Positions 45,737 through 56,527 of a stretch of 64,000 bases of DNA are shown here, piece by piece. A program made the position numbers and the translations under genes. The DNA is from a virus. Taxonomy: Duplodnaviria; Caudoviricetes. The stretch is taken from positions 21,082 to 85,081 of the IMG/VR virus record IMGVR_UViG_2767802041_000001, one strand, 5' to 3'. Every line of letters begins with the position of its first letter. Position 1 is the first letter of the stretch. The notes under the pieces were generated by a model, which was not told the origin of the DNA, did not search any database, and saw only the letters and a program-made list of their open reading frames with translations.

Positions 45737-47986
45737 TTAGTCCAGCCAGAATTGGATCTGGTTGAGGGACAGGTAGCCGGTCCCGGCGGCCAGGTAGGTG
45801 TTGGCGCCGCTGCTGATGTTGTTGAGGCTGATCTGCCCGGACGAGTTCACGTTGACCGAGAGACTGCCGCCGCCCGGCCCTGCGCCTACCCACTGGTTCA
45901 CCTGGAACGTGGTGGCCGGCCGGTAGCCAGCGGGGAGCGTGGCGATGATCTCGCCGTTCACCAAAGTGGTGGTCGCAGTGCGTTTCGCCAGGTCCCGGAC
46001 CACCACGCTGCCATCAGGCATCGCCCGGAAGCGCCCGGACCCGAACGTCGTACCGTACCCGGTCCATCCGGTGCCGAACGTCAAAGCGTTCCAGCCCGGG
46101 TCGGCGAAGACGGTTCCGCTGCCCACCTCGATGGAGTCGGAGACGTACAGCTTTCCCAGGACGCTGGCCGCCGACGTCGTTCCGTCTTCGAGCATGGCCA
46201 GCGGGCCGACACGCCACTGGCGTTCACCGGACGGTCCTACCGCCATGGTGAATTCGGGTGGCGTCGGGCCGTGTGTCGGCGGCTTGATGGTGAGGTAGCC
46301 GAGTTCCATCTCGCCGTCCGATGTGATGCCGGACTCGATGGTGCCAGGCGTCTCGCCTGCTGCTCGGCCTGACCACAGCTGGATGACGCCGGTCGTGTTG
46401 ATGACGACGCGACGGCCGGTAGTGGCGGTCTGGATGGTGGACCCGGTGACGGTTCCCCCCACGATGCTGGTACCGGTGATCGTGCCCCCAGTGATGGTTT
46501 TGCCGGTGATCGCGTCGGCTTTCAGTGCGGTCGCGTCCACGGAGCCGACGGCGAGTTTCCCGGCGGTGATCGTGTTCGCGGCGATCTTGTCGGCGGTGAC
46601 CGCCAACGCGTCGAGCTTCGCAGTCGTCACCGCCCCGGCTGCGATCTTCGAGGCGTTCACGCTCTCCGCGTCGAGCTGGAGAGTCTGCACCGCACCAGCG
46701 ACGATCTTCGCGGTGGTGATCGCCCCGTCCTGGATCTGGGTGCCGGGCAGCACCGGGCGCACGGACGCGTTGTCCCACCACACCGTGCCCGCCGTCGCGT
46801 TGCCCGACTCCACCCGGATCCGGGCGACCGCTGCGGTCGCCGGTGCCGTGTAGGTGCCAGACAGGGCCGTCCACGCGTCCCGGACGGGGCTGGTGGTGCT
46901 CGCCTTGCCGTAGCTGATGATCCCGCCGGCTGCGGTCTCCCACCGGATCTGGAAGTTGACCTCGGTTCCTGCCCAGTCGGCGGACACCCAGTAGTCGATA
47001 CCCAGCCGGATCTGGTCGCCGGGCAGTACGGGCAGGGCGGTGAGCTGCACAGAACGGTAGGCCGGGGACGCCGACACCGCGTTGATGCGAAGCGAGGTCG
47101 GTGACCCGTTGCCCTTGGTGGTGTCCTGGGTGGCGTGGGGGCTACCGGAGATGATGGCCGCCGTGTACGCCCCCTCAAAACTGGGGTCGGTGAGGATGTT
47201 CGCGCCGCCGGTTACGGTCAGCTTGTCGGTGGTGATCGCCCCGGCTGCGACGGTGGCCGCAGTGACCGCGTTCGCGGCGATCTTCCCGGCGATGACGGAG
47301 TTCGCGGCGATTTTCGGGGACGTCACGGCGTCGGTGGCGAGCTTCCCCGTCGACACCGCTGCGTCGTGCAGGGCCACTTCGAGGACTGCACCGTCCTGGA
47401 TGGCTGTGGAGTCGACGGCGCCGACAGCAACCTTGGCGGCGGTGACGGCGTCGTCTGCGAGCTTGACCGTGGTGATGGTCCCGTCGGGCACCACTACCGG
47501 CTCCGGCCCGTACGGACCTGTCTGGGCGGAGGGTGCGGAGGCGGTGCCGGAGGTGCTGCGGGCGACGAGCCGCACGTACACGGGGGTGTCGGTGGGGACG
47601 ACGACGGTAGCGCCCTGCGCGGTCTCGATCGTCGACTGCAGCGTTACCGCGGTCGGGGTGAACCCGTCCTCGGGGCTGGCGTGGACTTCGGTACGGGACC
47701 AGTCCAGCGGCAGTACCCCGTCGGTGAACAGCCCGTCCCACGATGCGGTGACGCCGCCGAGGACGGACAGGACGAGCGGGGCGGACGGCTGTGGCGGGGG
47801 CGGGCCGTTGACGATGGTGACGGCGGTGGTGCCGTCGCCCTGCTGCCCGACGATGCCCCGCAGTGACCCGGTGCCGTCCCGGACGAGGAGGGCGGTGTCG
47901 TCGAGGGATGCGGAGGAGAGTCGGGCGGAGCGCTGCAGTTCCGCGATCTGTCGCTCGAGGCTGGCGATCTTCTGGCCGATGTCCAT
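45737..47986 (-). CDS. minor tail/host-recognition protein
   Basis: FN3-like segment, AVTAAKIA repeats, carbohydrate-binding-like domain, C-terminal TLPAGYRP motif. Confidence 0.85.
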   Translation of the reverse strand: MDIGQKIASLERQIAELQRSARLSSASLDDTALLVRDGTGSLRGIVGQQGDGTTAVTIVNGPPPPQPSAPLVLSVLGGVTASWDGLFTDGVLPLDWSRTEVHASPEDGFTPTAVTLQSTIETAQGATVVVPTDTPVYVRLVARSTSGTASAPSAQTGPYGPEPVVVPDGTITTVKLADDAVTAAKVAVGAVDSTAIQDGAVLEVALHDAAVSTGKLATDAVTSPKIAANSVIAGKIAANAVTAATVAAGAITTDKLTVTGGANILTDPSFEGAYTAAIISGSPHATQDTTKGNGSPTSLRINAVSASPAYRSVQLTALPVLPGDQIRLGIDYWVSADWAGTEVNFQIRWETAAGGIISYGKASTTSPVRDAWTALSGTYTAPATAAVARIRVESGNATAGTVWWDNASVRPVLPGTQIQDGAITTAKIVAGAVQTLQLDAESVNASKIAAGAVTTAKLDALAVTADKIAANTITAGKLAVGSVDATALKADAITGKTITGGTITGTSIVGGTVTGSTIQTATTGRRVVINTTGVIQLWSGRAAGETPGTIESGITSDGEMELGYLTIKPPTHGPTPPEFTMAVGPSGERQWRVGPLAMLEDGTTSAASVLGKLYVSDSIEVGSGTVFADPGWNALTFGTGWTGYGTTFGSGRFRAMPDGSVVVRDLAKRTATTTLVNGEIIATLPAGYRPATTFQVNQWVGAGPGGGSLSVNVNSSGQISLNNISSGANTYLAAGTGYLSLNQIQFWLD

Positions 47987-49089
47987 CAGACACCTCCGTA
48001 CTTGTAGGCGTCGGCTGGCTTGAGGTCGATGACGGCCTGCGGGCCGCCCTCGGCGTCGGGGCGGGTCTTCCACCCGGTGATGCGCCGCCAGCCGGTGTAG
48101 TTCACCCACGGGTTGCGGACCCGGGTGTACACGTCGTCGCCGACCTGCCACGACCCGAACGGGGCGGAGCTGGTGTTGCGGATGGTGATCTGGTCGACCG
48201 AGCCGAGGACCATGCGCCGCGAATGCTCGGCCGCGGTCAGCTTGGCGAGGGTGTCGTTGGCTTTGACCTGCGCGAAGTCCTGGGTGTGCTCCAGGCGCAG
48301 CCTGCCGTTGCGGACAGCGGACACCTGCCGCTTCTTCGCGGACCCGTCGCCGTCACCGAGGCCGATGACGACCTGGGCGTACTCGTCCCCGGAGAACGGG
48401 ACCTCCGGGTCGTCCAGGATGTTGACGCCGGACTCGAAGGTGATGTCGGTGCGGCGGGCGCCGAGGCGTGGCCACCCCAGGCGGATGCGGCGTACCGGGG
48501 CGGTGCGGGCGGGGTTCCAGGCGGTGGTGCAGGTGTAGTCGGGGCTGGCCTCGGCGGACACCAACTCGTCCGCCATGTCGCCGAGCGGTTTCCCGTCCCA
48601 CCAGTAGCTGTTGAAGCGTTCGGCGGGGGTGCCGATCGTGGACGTGGACGTCGTTGCGTCGACGACGACACCGAGGTCGCCGTCGGGGATGGACTGGGCG
48701 TAGGCCCAGATGTCGCGGACGACCTGGCACCGGTCCGTGTAGGTCCAGGGGCCGCGGCCACCGCACTGCCCGTCGAGGTCGAACCGCCTCTGCAGGTACG
48801 ACGACCAGCCGGCCGCCTCGATCGCGAAGACGTCGCCCTTCGGTCGGACGTCCCAGACGAGGCCGCCCCACCGGAGTTGGTCGTCGACCTCGACGTAGAT
48901 GAGGGTGGTGCCCGGATCGAGGAGGGTGGGGCTCTGGGACACCAGGCGCGGGGACAGGGTCCCGGTCAGGCTGCCGGGGCCGTTGAGTTCGTCGCCGTAC
49001 TCCAGGTCCCCGACGGGCAGGGCGTGAGAGAGCCACGCCCCGGTCAGGGCGTGCTGGGTGAGGACCCGACCGGGGGCGGAGGCGGTCAC
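47986..49089 (-). CDS. minor tail protein (hub/Gp37-like)
   Basis: ELNGPGSLTG...WGGLVW...GSWQVGDDV; synteny. Confidence 0.8.
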   Translation of the reverse strand: MTASAPGRVLTQHALTGAWLSHALPVGDLEYGDELNGPGSLTGTLSPRLVSQSPTLLDPGTTLIYVEVDDQLRWGGLVWDVRPKGDVFAIEAAGWSSYLQRRFDLDGQCGGRGPWTYTDRCQVVRDIWAYAQSIPDGDLGVVVDATTSTSTIGTPAERFNSYWWDGKPLGDMADELVSAEASPDYTCTTAWNPARTAPVRRIRLGWPRLGARRTDITFESGVNILDDPEVPFSGDEYAQVVIGLGDGDGSAKKRQVSAVRNGRLRLEHTQDFAQVKANDTLAKLTAAEHSRRMVLGSVDQITIRNTSSAPFGSWQVGDDVYTRVRNPWVNYTGWRRITGWKTRPDAEGGPQAVIDLKPADAYKYGGV

Positions 49090-50021
49090 CGGGGGGCCTC
49101 GGTGAACTCAACATCCGCGGCAAGGGCTGTGCCTGAGTCGACCTGGATGCGGCCCGCGTTACCGGACGATCCCGCGCCCTGGACGCGGAGAAGCTGGGAG
49201 GTGCCTCGGTAGGCGGAGGGGATGGTGAGGGTGTCCGCGACGATGGTCCCGACCCGGCGCACGCCGGTGCCCTGGTTGTCGTCGAGAGTGGTCTCCTGCA
49301 GGGTGAGGCTGCTGCCGAAGGTCGCGCGGACGCTGCCGAAGTAGTTGTTGACGGAGAACCGCAAGGGCACTACGTCGATCTTGATGCGGACCGTGGTGGC
49401 CCAGTCGGGAATCGCGATCGTCCACCCAGGGGCGGTGCTGAAGTAGGCGAAGGTGGTGGACGCGCCGATCACGGTGGACTGCCCGCTCGGCGACTGGGTG
49501 AGGAGCTGCCGTTCGCGGCGGGGGTTCGCTATCTGCCGCAGGTCCTTGATCATGGCGTTGGTGATCGTGGACGTGGACGCCGGAATGTCGATCCGGGCCA
49601 GCGGAATCCCCGTCCGCCCGTCGGGGATCGTCGTGGCGGACGAGGACACGTTCGAGATGATCTGGAAGTAGTTGATGTTGTCGGTTGCCGGGTTCAGGCT
49701 CCCCTCGTATTGCGGGTCCTGGACTCGCACGATCAGCATGTCGGAGCGAGGCGAGCCCCCTGTTGGGGCGACATCCACAGTGGCCGAGCCCTGATTCCGG
49801 ATGGCGTAGGAGCCCTGGAAGGCGTCGAAGCGGCCACGGACGACGCCAGAACCACTCGCCACCTGCACGCCGCCGCCCGGGGTGCCGAGCTGGGACACCT
49901 TCAGGTCGGTACCGGCCGTGATGCCCTCGGCGCCTCGGGCAAGATCTTGGACTAGGGCCCTGAACTGCTCGGCCGAATGTGTGGCCCCGTTCACGAGGAT
50001 AGGCACTTGATACAACGGCAT
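49086..50021 (-). CDS. minor tail protein
   Basis: PRSDMLIVRVQDPQY...LARIDIPAST..IT.AMI.DLR. Confidence 0.8.
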   Translation of the reverse strand: MPLYQVPILVNGATHSAEQFRALVQDLARGAEGITAGTDLKVSQLGTPGGGVQVASGSGVVRGRFDAFQGSYAIRNQGSATVDVAPTGGSPRSDMLIVRVQDPQYEGSLNPATDNINYFQIISNVSSSATTIPDGRTGIPLARIDIPASTSTITNAMIKDLRQIANPRRERQLLTQSPSGQSTVIGASTTFAYFSTAPGWTIAIPDWATTVRIKIDVVPLRFSVNNYFGSVRATFGSSLTLQETTLDDNQGTGVRRVGTIVADTLTIPSAYRGTSQLLRVQGAGSSGNAGRIQVDSGTALAADVEFTEAPR

Positions 50022-50031
50022 GGTGCGCTCC

Positions 50032-50934
50032 TCAGAGGGCGGTGTAGGCGTCGCGCCAGGTCAGGCGGAGACGGGCGGTGTTGGTGTTGTCGAAGCCGGT
50101 CCACCGGAATTCGCTGGGGCCGGGCGGCAGGGAGAACAGGTCGATACGGGAGGCGGGCGACAGGAGCGTGGAGGCGTTGCCGCCGGTCTCCCGGGTGACG
50201 GTCCGGTAGCCGGGCCGGGTGTCGATCTCCACCCACTGGCCGGCGGCCAGGTTCAGGGTGGGCAGGTCGAGGCGGCGCCCGGACGTGGAGTGGATGACGG
50301 ACACGTTGGCGACCGGGCCGGTGATGCGGATGACCGGCCATGCGTGCCCGGTGCCAGCGTTGTGGGCCCACCCGGGCCGGTCCGCAGCCGTTGTCCCCGA
50401 CTGCACGAAAATGGGGGCGACGATCGGGGCGGCGAACCCTCCGCCGGTGAGCCAGCCGAGGGGGATCTCCGTGGTGGTCTCCTCATCGGCGTAGAACGTG
50501 GGGTCCGTGGCGACGAACTCCAGGTCGAGGGGCACGTAGCCGTGGACGACCTGCTTGTACTCGGGGTCGACGCGGCGCAGCCGACCGTCGAGGCGCTTCA
50601 CGGGGCGGCCCGGGCGCAGGATCCGCAGCGGCATCGTCACCCCGCCTGCCAGGCGCACCGCAGGATCGTCGGCGTCGGCCTGAAGGGCGGCCACCACGTC
50701 GTGACAGGCGGCCGGGTCACCGGGGATGCGGATCGCGGCGTCGATCTGCACCTGGCGGGCCGCGTAGTAGTCCGGGCCGGCGAACACCCCATCCATGGAC
50801 GGCTGGTCGACGTCGGCGTCGCGGACCGGCGGACGGCCGAGGCCGGTGGTCTCGATGACCTGAATAGGTGTTCCGGCACCCATGAGGACGCCGCCGAGTT
50901 CGTACTGCCAGTCCGTCAGCTCAAGCGGCGGCAC
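50032..50934 (-). CDS. distal tail protein (Dit)
   Basis: Follows the tape measure; FVATDPTFY, NAG..WP.I.I.GP, LPPG. Confidence 0.85.
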   Translation of the reverse strand: MPPLELTDWQYELGGVLMGAGTPIQVIETTGLGRPPVRDADVDQPSMDGVFAGPDYYAARQVQIDAAIRIPGDPAACHDVVAALQADADDPAVRLAGGVTMPLRILRPGRPVKRLDGRLRRVDPEYKQVVHGYVPLDLEFVATDPTFYADEETTTEIPLGWLTGGGFAAPIVAPIFVQSGTTAADRPGWAHNAGTGHAWPVIRITGPVANVSVIHSTSGRRLDLPTLNLAAGQWVEIDTRPGYRTVTRETGGNASTLLSPASRIDLFSLPPGPSEFRWTGFDNTNTARLRLTWRDAYTAL

Positions 50935-53900
50935 GGGCGTTCACCCCTCCCCTGCGAGCCCGGCGGACCTGGCGCCCGACCTGGGAAGCGATGTCCGAAG
51001 CGGTCGCCCCGGTGCGGACGGTGCTGACGTTCACGTTGGTGTCGCCGCCCTCGCGGACGATGACCAGGGGACGGCTGCCAGAGACGTCGGTCAGGCCCAC
51101 CCCGAACCGGGCGGCGACGTCGCGGAGGACGTTCGTGGCCGGGCCTCGCTTGTTCGCCCCGAGGGGGATGTACGCCTCGCCGCCGCTGGCAGGCTCGGCG
51201 AACGTGACCGCGCCGCCGCGGGTGGAGTAGATGCCCTCCCGGATGCCACCGTTCTCGTACGACAGGCCCTTGTTCGCCCGGGCGAGGTCGGCAATGAACT
51301 TCGCTGCCCGGGAGCCGAGGGATGACTTGATCTGGGACTGGGCCTTCGTCGCGGTGGCGATGATGACGTCCTCGCCGAGCCCGGTGGTGTCGGCCACCGT
51401 GTGGATGCCGGTCTTGTTCGTCTTGATCGCCGCGATGATCGCGATGAGCTGGTCGACCTCGTCGTTCGTGAGGGCGCTGTTGGCCTTCTTCGCCGCAGTG
51501 TTCGCGCTGCCAGCCTTCTTGTTGTCCTTCACTGCGGCAGCGGCGAGCTGCTGTGCGGCGGTGTCGCCCTGGGCGGCGAGCTGCTTGGCGAGGTCCCCGT
51601 ACCCGCGGGCTGCCAGCGTGGCGAGGTTGCGGGTGAACGCGCTGTCGGCACCGGTGGCCTTGTCGAGCTGCCGGGTGTAGTCCGTCAGCGACGCCTTCGC
51701 CGTTGCGGACAGGTTCCTGAGCGCGGCCGCCATCTCGTTGATGTACTTCGTCGACCCGTTCGCCATCTTCTTCGCGAGGGCCACACCGTCCTTGCCCATC
51801 GCAGCGAGGGCGTCAGCGACGTCGCCCCCGACGCGGTCGGCGACCTTCTCCAGGTCGGCGTTCCAGACCCGGGTGGCCTTGCTGTTGGCCTTGAGCTGCT
51901 TCTCGACTGCGGCCAGGGAGAAGTACTCGACGTCCTTGGTGGTGACCTTCCCCTTCTTGCCCTTGACCTTGACCTTCTTGGTCTTGTGCCCGGCCTGCCC
52001 GGCGTCGGTCGGCGAGTACAGGGAGCCGCTGTTCGGGTCGTACCGCCAGTCGGTGACGTTGCCGTCCGCGTTCCACTGGATCGCTGCGGGGTCGCCGCCA
52101 AGACGCCGCACCGTCTCCTCGGTGATGGCACGGGACCGGGTCCGCTTGGACGGGTGGAGAGGTACGTACGATTCCCCGCCTGTCTCATCCTCCGCAAAAA
52201 CGCGCCATGTACCGGCCCTCGCAATGTGCGCAACGTGACCGTTCTTCGTGTCGGGGCTGCTACCGAAGCCGCCCTGCGCGAAGCTCCGTATGCCCCCGCG
52301 GATCCCGCCGTCGGCGTAGTAGTCAACGACCCCGCCGTCAGCTTCCCGAAGCTGCGCACCGTGCGCACCCTCGCGGCGGGCCGTGGATCCGGTGACCCGG
52401 TAGTTCGTGGTGATGGTGATGGTCTTGTCGGAGAGGCTGTCGCGGGCGTACTTGACCTGCTGCAGCCCGGAGATGGCACTGCCGGTGAGAGCCGTGACCT
52501 GGACTCGACCGTCGGGGAGCGTCTTCGTCTTGTAGCCGAGCTGCTCAAGGAGCGCCTTCGCGTCGGCAGTCAGGGCCTTCACGGTGACGGACTTGTTGCC
52601 CGGCGTCGCCTTGATCTTCGCGATGACGGAGTCGAGACCGGCGATGGCGTCCTCGCGCCGCATCTCGATTGTGCTGACCTTCTTCTCCGGAATGACGAGG
52701 ATGCTCGCGGCAAGGGACCGGGCCTGGGAATTGGTGAGACCCATCGCCTGGCCGGCCCTGATGATGGCCTGCTCGCCGCGTTCGTAGATCCCGTTGACGT
52801 ACTCCCAGGAGCGGTTCTGGTCCTTAGCTGCAGTTGCCGCCTCGTCAGTCTTTGCCGCAAGATCCTGCAGGGCGGTTGCGGCGGCCTGGGCCTTCGGCGA
52901 GTTAAGGTCGAGCTCGCCGTTGACCATCTTCAGCGACCCGGCGTTCTCCTTCGCCGCCTTCGCCGCGGCGTCGATGCTCGCCTCGAAGCCGATCATGCCG
53001 CCGAGCGCAGCCCGGTTCGTCTCATTCAGGGCGACGATCGACTGGCGCAGCCCGTCGGTGCTGGCCTTCTGCGCGTCGAGCTTCTCCTTCGTCGCCTGCG
53101 CCTGCCGACCGAACAGCCCCATCCCCTGAGCGGCGAGCTCCTGCTCGGCGGCGGCGGCGGCAACAGCCGCCTTGTACTCGGGGAAGAGTTCCGCGACCTC
53201 CTTGGCGCTCTTGCCGGCGTTCTTGGCGGAGGCTTCAACCAGGTCGAAGAACTCGCCGGCCTGCTTGCCGTTCCCGGACTGCGTCATGCTGGCCAGGGAC
53301 TCGTCGAGGCCCTTGAAGTCGTCTTTCAGAGCACTGAGAGATTTCTCGCCCTCGGTGAAGTCCTGCCACAAGTTGTGCGCGCTACGCCGCAGGTCATCGA
53401 GGGGGCCGATGCCAGCGTTACCGAACGACTTGACGTACTCCTCGTTCTCCTTCGCGGCTTTGCCGATGTCGTCGATCTTCTTTACCAGCCCGGCGGTGTC
53501 ACCGAAGGTGTCCTTCAGTTCACCGGTGTACTCGCCGGTCGCGTGGAGCCGCTTGAGGCTGGTGGTGAGCCGGTCGACGTCCGGGGGTGCGCCGCGGGCG
53601 TTCTCGGCGAGCTTGGCGACGCCGATCGCCACTACGCCAAGGACTCCGAGGCCGATGGCTGCCTTCTGGAGTCCGGACATGCGCTGGGTGACGCCGCCGA
53701 TCGCCTGGCGGACACCGCCGAACATCATGGACCGTCCGAACGCGGTGACGTTGGCGAGCGCGGCCCCGCCGGCGACGGCACCCAGGGTGGCCATGCCGAG
53801 CGTCGCCAGTTTCATTGCGGCGTAGAGCTGGATGAACGTGGACAAGGCTTCTGGGGGGACGGCGTTGACGAGCTGGGCGAGGGCGTTGACGGCGGTGAGG

Positions 53901-55477
53901 ACGCTGACGCCCATGTCGGAGGCGGCGACCAGCAGGTTGGTGACGGCCTTCGCGAGGTTCCTGAGGGTTTCTCCGACGAGGGGCCCGTTCTCGCGGGCGT
54001 AGGCCATGAACTCCCGGAGGTCGGAGCCGACCTCCCCGGTGTCGAGGGCCCGGATGAAGCCGGTGAGGTGGGTGGTGCCGCGGGCCAGGGCCCCGGTCGC
54101 GAATTCGGTGAAGGACTTGATGAACCGGTCGAAGCCAGAGGTCGTCATGCCGCCGGCAGCAACGTTCAGGAGACGGTCGAGCTCGCGGGAGGTGCCCTTG
54201 ACGAGGCCCTGGGTGTGCGGGAGGAGCGCCCCGAAAAGGCCCAGGCTCTTGGTGACGACGGGCATGGTGTCCCCGGCCAGGGCATCCGAGTAGTCCTTGT
54301 ACTCGTCCTTGAAGACGGCCAGGGCGGCGGCGGACTCCCGGGCCGCGGGCGGCATGTCGGACAGGGTCCGCAGGTACTCAGCTTCGGCCTTGGCTGCCTC
54401 TTCGGAGGACCTGCCGTGCTCGTCGATGGCGTCCTGGTACTTCTTCTCCGCTTCGGCGGCTTCTGTGAGTGCGACGATCTGCCCGGCCACCGCGACACCG
54501 AACGCGCCGATTGCTGCACCGGAGGCGGTGAGGCCTGCGGCAATCGGGACGGTCGCGGCGGCGATCGGGATGAGGGCGGTACCGAGGGCGACGGCGGCCA
54601 CGATGAGGTTTCGGGTGTTGTCCGCGGCACCGTTCGTGGAGTTGCTGACCGTGCCGAGGCTGCCGTTGAGCCCGCCGAGGCGTCCGGTGACCCGGGTGAG
54701 GGTGCCGTCGAGGTCGTCCAGGTCGCCGCGTAGGGTCCGGGTGCTGCCGGACAGGTCGCCGATGTTGGTGTGCGCGGTGCGGGCACTGCTGCCGACGGAG
54801 CGGATCCCGGTTGCCGCATGGCGGGCCCGGTCTCCGATCTCGTCCAAGGCGGCTGCCGCCGCGACGGCTCTTCCTCGGAGTGTGCGCAGTTCCCTGGAGA
54901 GATCGGCGGCGGCTTCCTTTGCTGCGCGCAGCGCTACTGCCGCTGCCGCACCCCGGGTAGCGAGGGCGCTGAGTGAGCCTTCGGCCCGGCCGGCGTTGGT
55001 GCGGAGGTCCCGTACGGCTGCGGCGGTCGCTGCGAGCCGGGCGGGGTCGCCGTCGAAGTCGACGCGGATCCGGACCGGGGACAGGGCTTGGATTTCTGCC
55101 AGTGCGGTCCGAAGTGAGGCGCGGGCGGCGGTGGTGTTGTCGTCGAGGCGGGCGGTGATGCGGATATCACGGACGGCCCGGCTGAGGCTGCGTTCGGCAT
55201 CGGCCGCGGCCCGGGCGAGGTCGCGGAGGTCCCGGGCCCCGTTCTGGGCTTGGCGGGCCATGCGCTGGAGGCGGCCGCGGGCAGCGTCGGACGCCCGGCC
55301 GACACCGGCGATGGCTCCCTGCGCGGTGCGGGAGGTGGTGCCGAGGCGGCGTACCTCCCGCTCGGCGTCGGAGGTGGCACGGGCGAGAGTGCGGGCGTGA
55401 CCGGCGTTGGCCCGCAGGGTCCTGGCCAGGCTGGTGCCCTGCCCCCGCAGGGACACATCCAGATTCCAGTGGGCCAC
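50921..55477 (-). CDS. tape measure protein
   Basis: 1518 aa, Ala-rich and helical; hydrophobic stretches; YADGG and FAE..GGE.Y.PL motifs. Confidence 0.93.
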   Translation of the reverse strand: MAHWNLDVSLRGQGTSLARTLRANAGHARTLARATSDAEREVRRLGTTSRTAQGAIAGVGRASDAARGRLQRMARQAQNGARDLRDLARAAADAERSLSRAVRDIRITARLDDNTTAARASLRTALAEIQALSPVRIRVDFDGDPARLAATAAAVRDLRTNAGRAEGSLSALATRGAAAAVALRAAKEAAADLSRELRTLRGRAVAAAAALDEIGDRARHAATGIRSVGSSARTAHTNIGDLSGSTRTLRGDLDDLDGTLTRVTGRLGGLNGSLGTVSNSTNGAADNTRNLIVAAVALGTALIPIAAATVPIAAGLTASGAAIGAFGVAVAGQIVALTEAAEAEKKYQDAIDEHGRSSEEAAKAEAEYLRTLSDMPPAARESAAALAVFKDEYKDYSDALAGDTMPVVTKSLGLFGALLPHTQGLVKGTSRELDRLLNVAAGGMTTSGFDRFIKSFTEFATGALARGTTHLTGFIRALDTGEVGSDLREFMAYARENGPLVGETLRNLAKAVTNLLVAASDMGVSVLTAVNALAQLVNAVPPEALSTFIQLYAAMKLATLGMATLGAVAGGAALANVTAFGRSMMFGGVRQAIGGVTQRMSGLQKAAIGLGVLGVVAIGVAKLAENARGAPPDVDRLTTSLKRLHATGEYTGELKDTFGDTAGLVKKIDDIGKAAKENEEYVKSFGNAGIGPLDDLRRSAHNLWQDFTEGEKSLSALKDDFKGLDESLASMTQSGNGKQAGEFFDLVEASAKNAGKSAKEVAELFPEYKAAVAAAAAEQELAAQGMGLFGRQAQATKEKLDAQKASTDGLRQSIVALNETNRAALGGMIGFEASIDAAAKAAKENAGSLKMVNGELDLNSPKAQAAATALQDLAAKTDEAATAAKDQNRSWEYVNGIYERGEQAIIRAGQAMGLTNSQARSLAASILVIPEKKVSTIEMRREDAIAGLDSVIAKIKATPGNKSVTVKALTADAKALLEQLGYKTKTLPDGRVQVTALTGSAISGLQQVKYARDSLSDKTITITTNYRVTGSTARREGAHGAQLREADGGVVDYYADGGIRGGIRSFAQGGFGSSPDTKNGHVAHIARAGTWRVFAEDETGGESYVPLHPSKRTRSRAITEETVRRLGGDPAAIQWNADGNVTDWRYDPNSGSLYSPTDAGQAGHKTKKVKVKGKKGKVTTKDVEYFSLAAVEKQLKANSKATRVWNADLEKVADRVGGDVADALAAMGKDGVALAKKMANGSTKYINEMAAALRNLSATAKASLTDYTRQLDKATGADSAFTRNLATLAARGYGDLAKQLAAQGDTAAQQLAAAAVKDNKKAGSANTAAKKANSALTNDEVDQLIAIIAAIKTNKTGIHTVADTTGLGEDVIIATATKAQSQIKSSLGSRAAKFIADLARANKGLSYENGGIREGIYSTRGGAVTFAEPASGGEAYIPLGANKRGPATNVLRDVAARFGVGLTDVSGSRPLVIVREGGDTNVNVSTVRTGATASDIASQVGRQVRRARRGGVNARAAA

Positions 55478-55510
55478 CGGTCGCCCTCCTCTCTGCTGGT
55501 ACGCGGTTGG

Positions 55511-55885
55511 TCAGGTCTTGAGCGCTTCGGCGACCTCCATTGCGGCGGCCACCGACGCGGGAAGCAGGACGACTTTCATGCCGGCCCCGGCCTGCCCGTC
55601 GGGAATGTGCTGCTGCACGCGCTGGATCTCCTCGCAGCCGAAGCAGCGGCGGGCGGATGCGACGTAGGCGTAGGGGTCGCCGCCGAGGTCGGGGTCCCAC
55701 TCGTCTTCGCGTGTCCCGCACGTGCAGACGGTCCGCAGGTACGCCTGGTAGGCCAGGGCCTTGGCCCGGTCAAGGGGAGTCCACGTGCCGGTGCCGACGC
55801 CCCGGAACTGGGAGTGGGGCATGCCGTGGTGGTGGCAGAGCTCCAGCTCGGCACGTAGCTGCTCATCCTCGATCAGCCTTTTCCC
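55511..55885 (-). CDS. tail assembly chaperone, -1 frame extension (G-T part)
   Basis: The -1 frame from GGGAAAA reads RLIEDEQLRAELELCHHHGMPHSQF...CTCGT...CFGC. Confidence 0.8.
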   Translation of the reverse strand, partial: GKRLIEDEQLRAELELCHHHGMPHSQFRGVGTGTWTPLDRAKALAYQAYLRTVCTCGTREDEWDPDLGGDPYAYVASARRCFGCEEIQRVQQHIPDGQAGAGMKVVLLPASVAAAMEVAEALKT

Positions 55886-56421
55886 AGGTCCATGCGGTCC
55901 GCCTGCTGGACACGGAGGGCGGCGGAGTAGAGGCGCTCGCCTTCGGCCTGCGACCAGTTGTCGAGGAACTCGGCGGCGTCCTCTTCGGTGAGCGGGTCCA
56001 GGGACGCGGCGGCAATGAGGACCGGGGCCATCGTGTCGGGGTTGTAGTCGTAGCCCTTGCCAGCCTGGTCCTCGGTCGGCGGGTGCGCGGCAAGGAGTTC
56101 CCTGAACTCGTTGCGGGGCAGCGCCTGGAAGCGCAGCTCAATGGACGCCTCGTCGAGTGCCGCCTGCGCGGACGCCAGATGGTCGGCGGCAGCCTTGGCG
56201 GCGGCCTGGGCGGTCTTGTCGCCCGGGTTCTTCTCCGCGGTCTCCTGGGCCTGCTCCTCCAGGAGCTGGGCGGTCGCGGCCGCCTTCTTGAGGTCGTCGT
56301 CGTCGCAGATCGTCAGGGTCACGGTGGGGCGGGTGCGGGCGCGGAGCTTGGCGCGCTTCGCTTCCCAGTGCGCGTCGGCGGTAACGGCTTCGGCCGGGGG
56401 TGCGGGCTTGCGTGCGGTCAT
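55873..56421 (-). CDS. tail assembly chaperone (G)
   Basis: FQALPR..F..L.AAHPPT; ends DLGKG across the slippery site. Confidence 0.85.
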   Translation of the reverse strand: MTARKPAPPAEAVTADAHWEAKRAKLRARTRPTVTLTICDDDDLKKAAATAQLLEEQAQETAEKNPGDKTAQAAAKAAADHLASAQAALDEASIELRFQALPRNEFRELLAAHPPTEDQAGKGYDYNPDTMAPVLIAAASLDPLTEEDAAEFLDNWSQAEGERLYSAALRVQQADRMDLGKG

Positions 56422-56527
56422 GGGGTGGTTCCTCCGTCAAGGGAAGGGGGACCCGGCTGGGCGCCGACGGGCGCCCCTTCCCGAACGTCGTCGGGCCCAG
56501 CCGGGAGCAGGGGAGGTCAGACTGGGG

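Noticed and set aside
51401-54733. Long antisense or alternative-frame ORFs (e.g. 3164-5425 minus, 30288-32438 plus, 51401-54733 plus, 60752-63124 plus)
   Set aside because: Shadow frames typical of very GC-rich DNA, overlapping genes with clear family motifs.
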